Shown one piece after another: positions 46,420-46,876 of a stretch of DNA of 46,876 nt; position 1 is the stretch's first letter; the number at the start of each line of letters is the position of its first letter. A model generated the notes under the pieces. The model was given only the letters and a program-made list of their open reading frames with translations. It did not search any database and had not been told where the DNA came from. The translations under genes and the position numbers were made by a program. The stretch is from Octopus bimaculoides (Eukaryota), in contig NC_068983.1 of assembly GCF_001194135.2 (NCBI RefSeq), forward strand, positions 75,414,856 through 75,461,731. Direction: 5' to 3'.

Positions 46420-46662
46420 GTTGGCATTTGGAAGGGCATCCAGCTGTAAAAAGCTTGCCAAAACTGACCTTGCCTGTGCTTGTGCCACATAAAAAGCACT
46501 AAGCCCACTCTGCTGGGTAGTTGGTGTTAGGGAGGGCATCCAGCTGTAAAGATCATGTTAAAACAGTCACAGAGGTCTGGTGCAGGCTTCTGCCTGGCCA
46601 GCTCCTGTCAAACCATCCTACCCATGCCAGCATTGAAGGTGGACGTTAAATGATGATGATGA
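46420..46662 (+). mobile_element. RTE-type LINE 3' tail (partly duplicated)
   Basis: Two ggttggc...ggagggcatccagctgtaaa segments, then ggacgttaaatgatgatg. Confidence 0.7.
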
Positions 46663-46876
46663 TAACACAGGTGCATACATACAGCTAAACACATGTTCAC
46701 ACACAACAATCTAAACCACACCTGTCTCATGCAAGTCTAACATCCACAACTTGGATTAATCCCCCTGAGTTAAAACCTTATGAATTGTAACCATGAAACA
46801 TATACTAAAGAACTGTATGTGAATAACATGTTTTTAGACGTGCAACTTTACAATGCAGCTATGTATATATATATAT

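Overview
AT-rich, repeat-saturated eukaryotic DNA. It is most likely a coleoid cephalopod (Octopus-like), inferred from the tRNA-derived SINE families, RTE LINE tails ending in (GAT)n and dense microsatellites. Eight N gaps total about 2.8 kb. I recognise no intact protein-coding gene, rRNA, true tRNA or CRISPR array. Nearly all long ORFs in the track are microsatellite or N-gap artefacts. The real coding remnants are transposon-derived: two Tc1/mariner transposase relics and three RTE LINE ORF2 relics. The window also holds many SINEs (three young full-length copies with TSDs), MITEs and a solo LTR. The most interesting signal is a set of hammerhead-ribozyme-like cores in three unrelated repeat families. 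Two families give canonical minimal type I hammerheads of the kind known from Penelope-like elements (10262-10301 minus, 182-256 minus, 45908-45966 plus). The third (11093-11252, 40624-40780, partial at 10851-10960, all minus) carries all conserved hammerhead core nucleotides, but its three strands are in a non-circular order. A phase-compatible chain of five candidate minus-strand exons (39197 to 33802) is reported at low confidence. All structures were paired by eye and none was folded computationally or tested.
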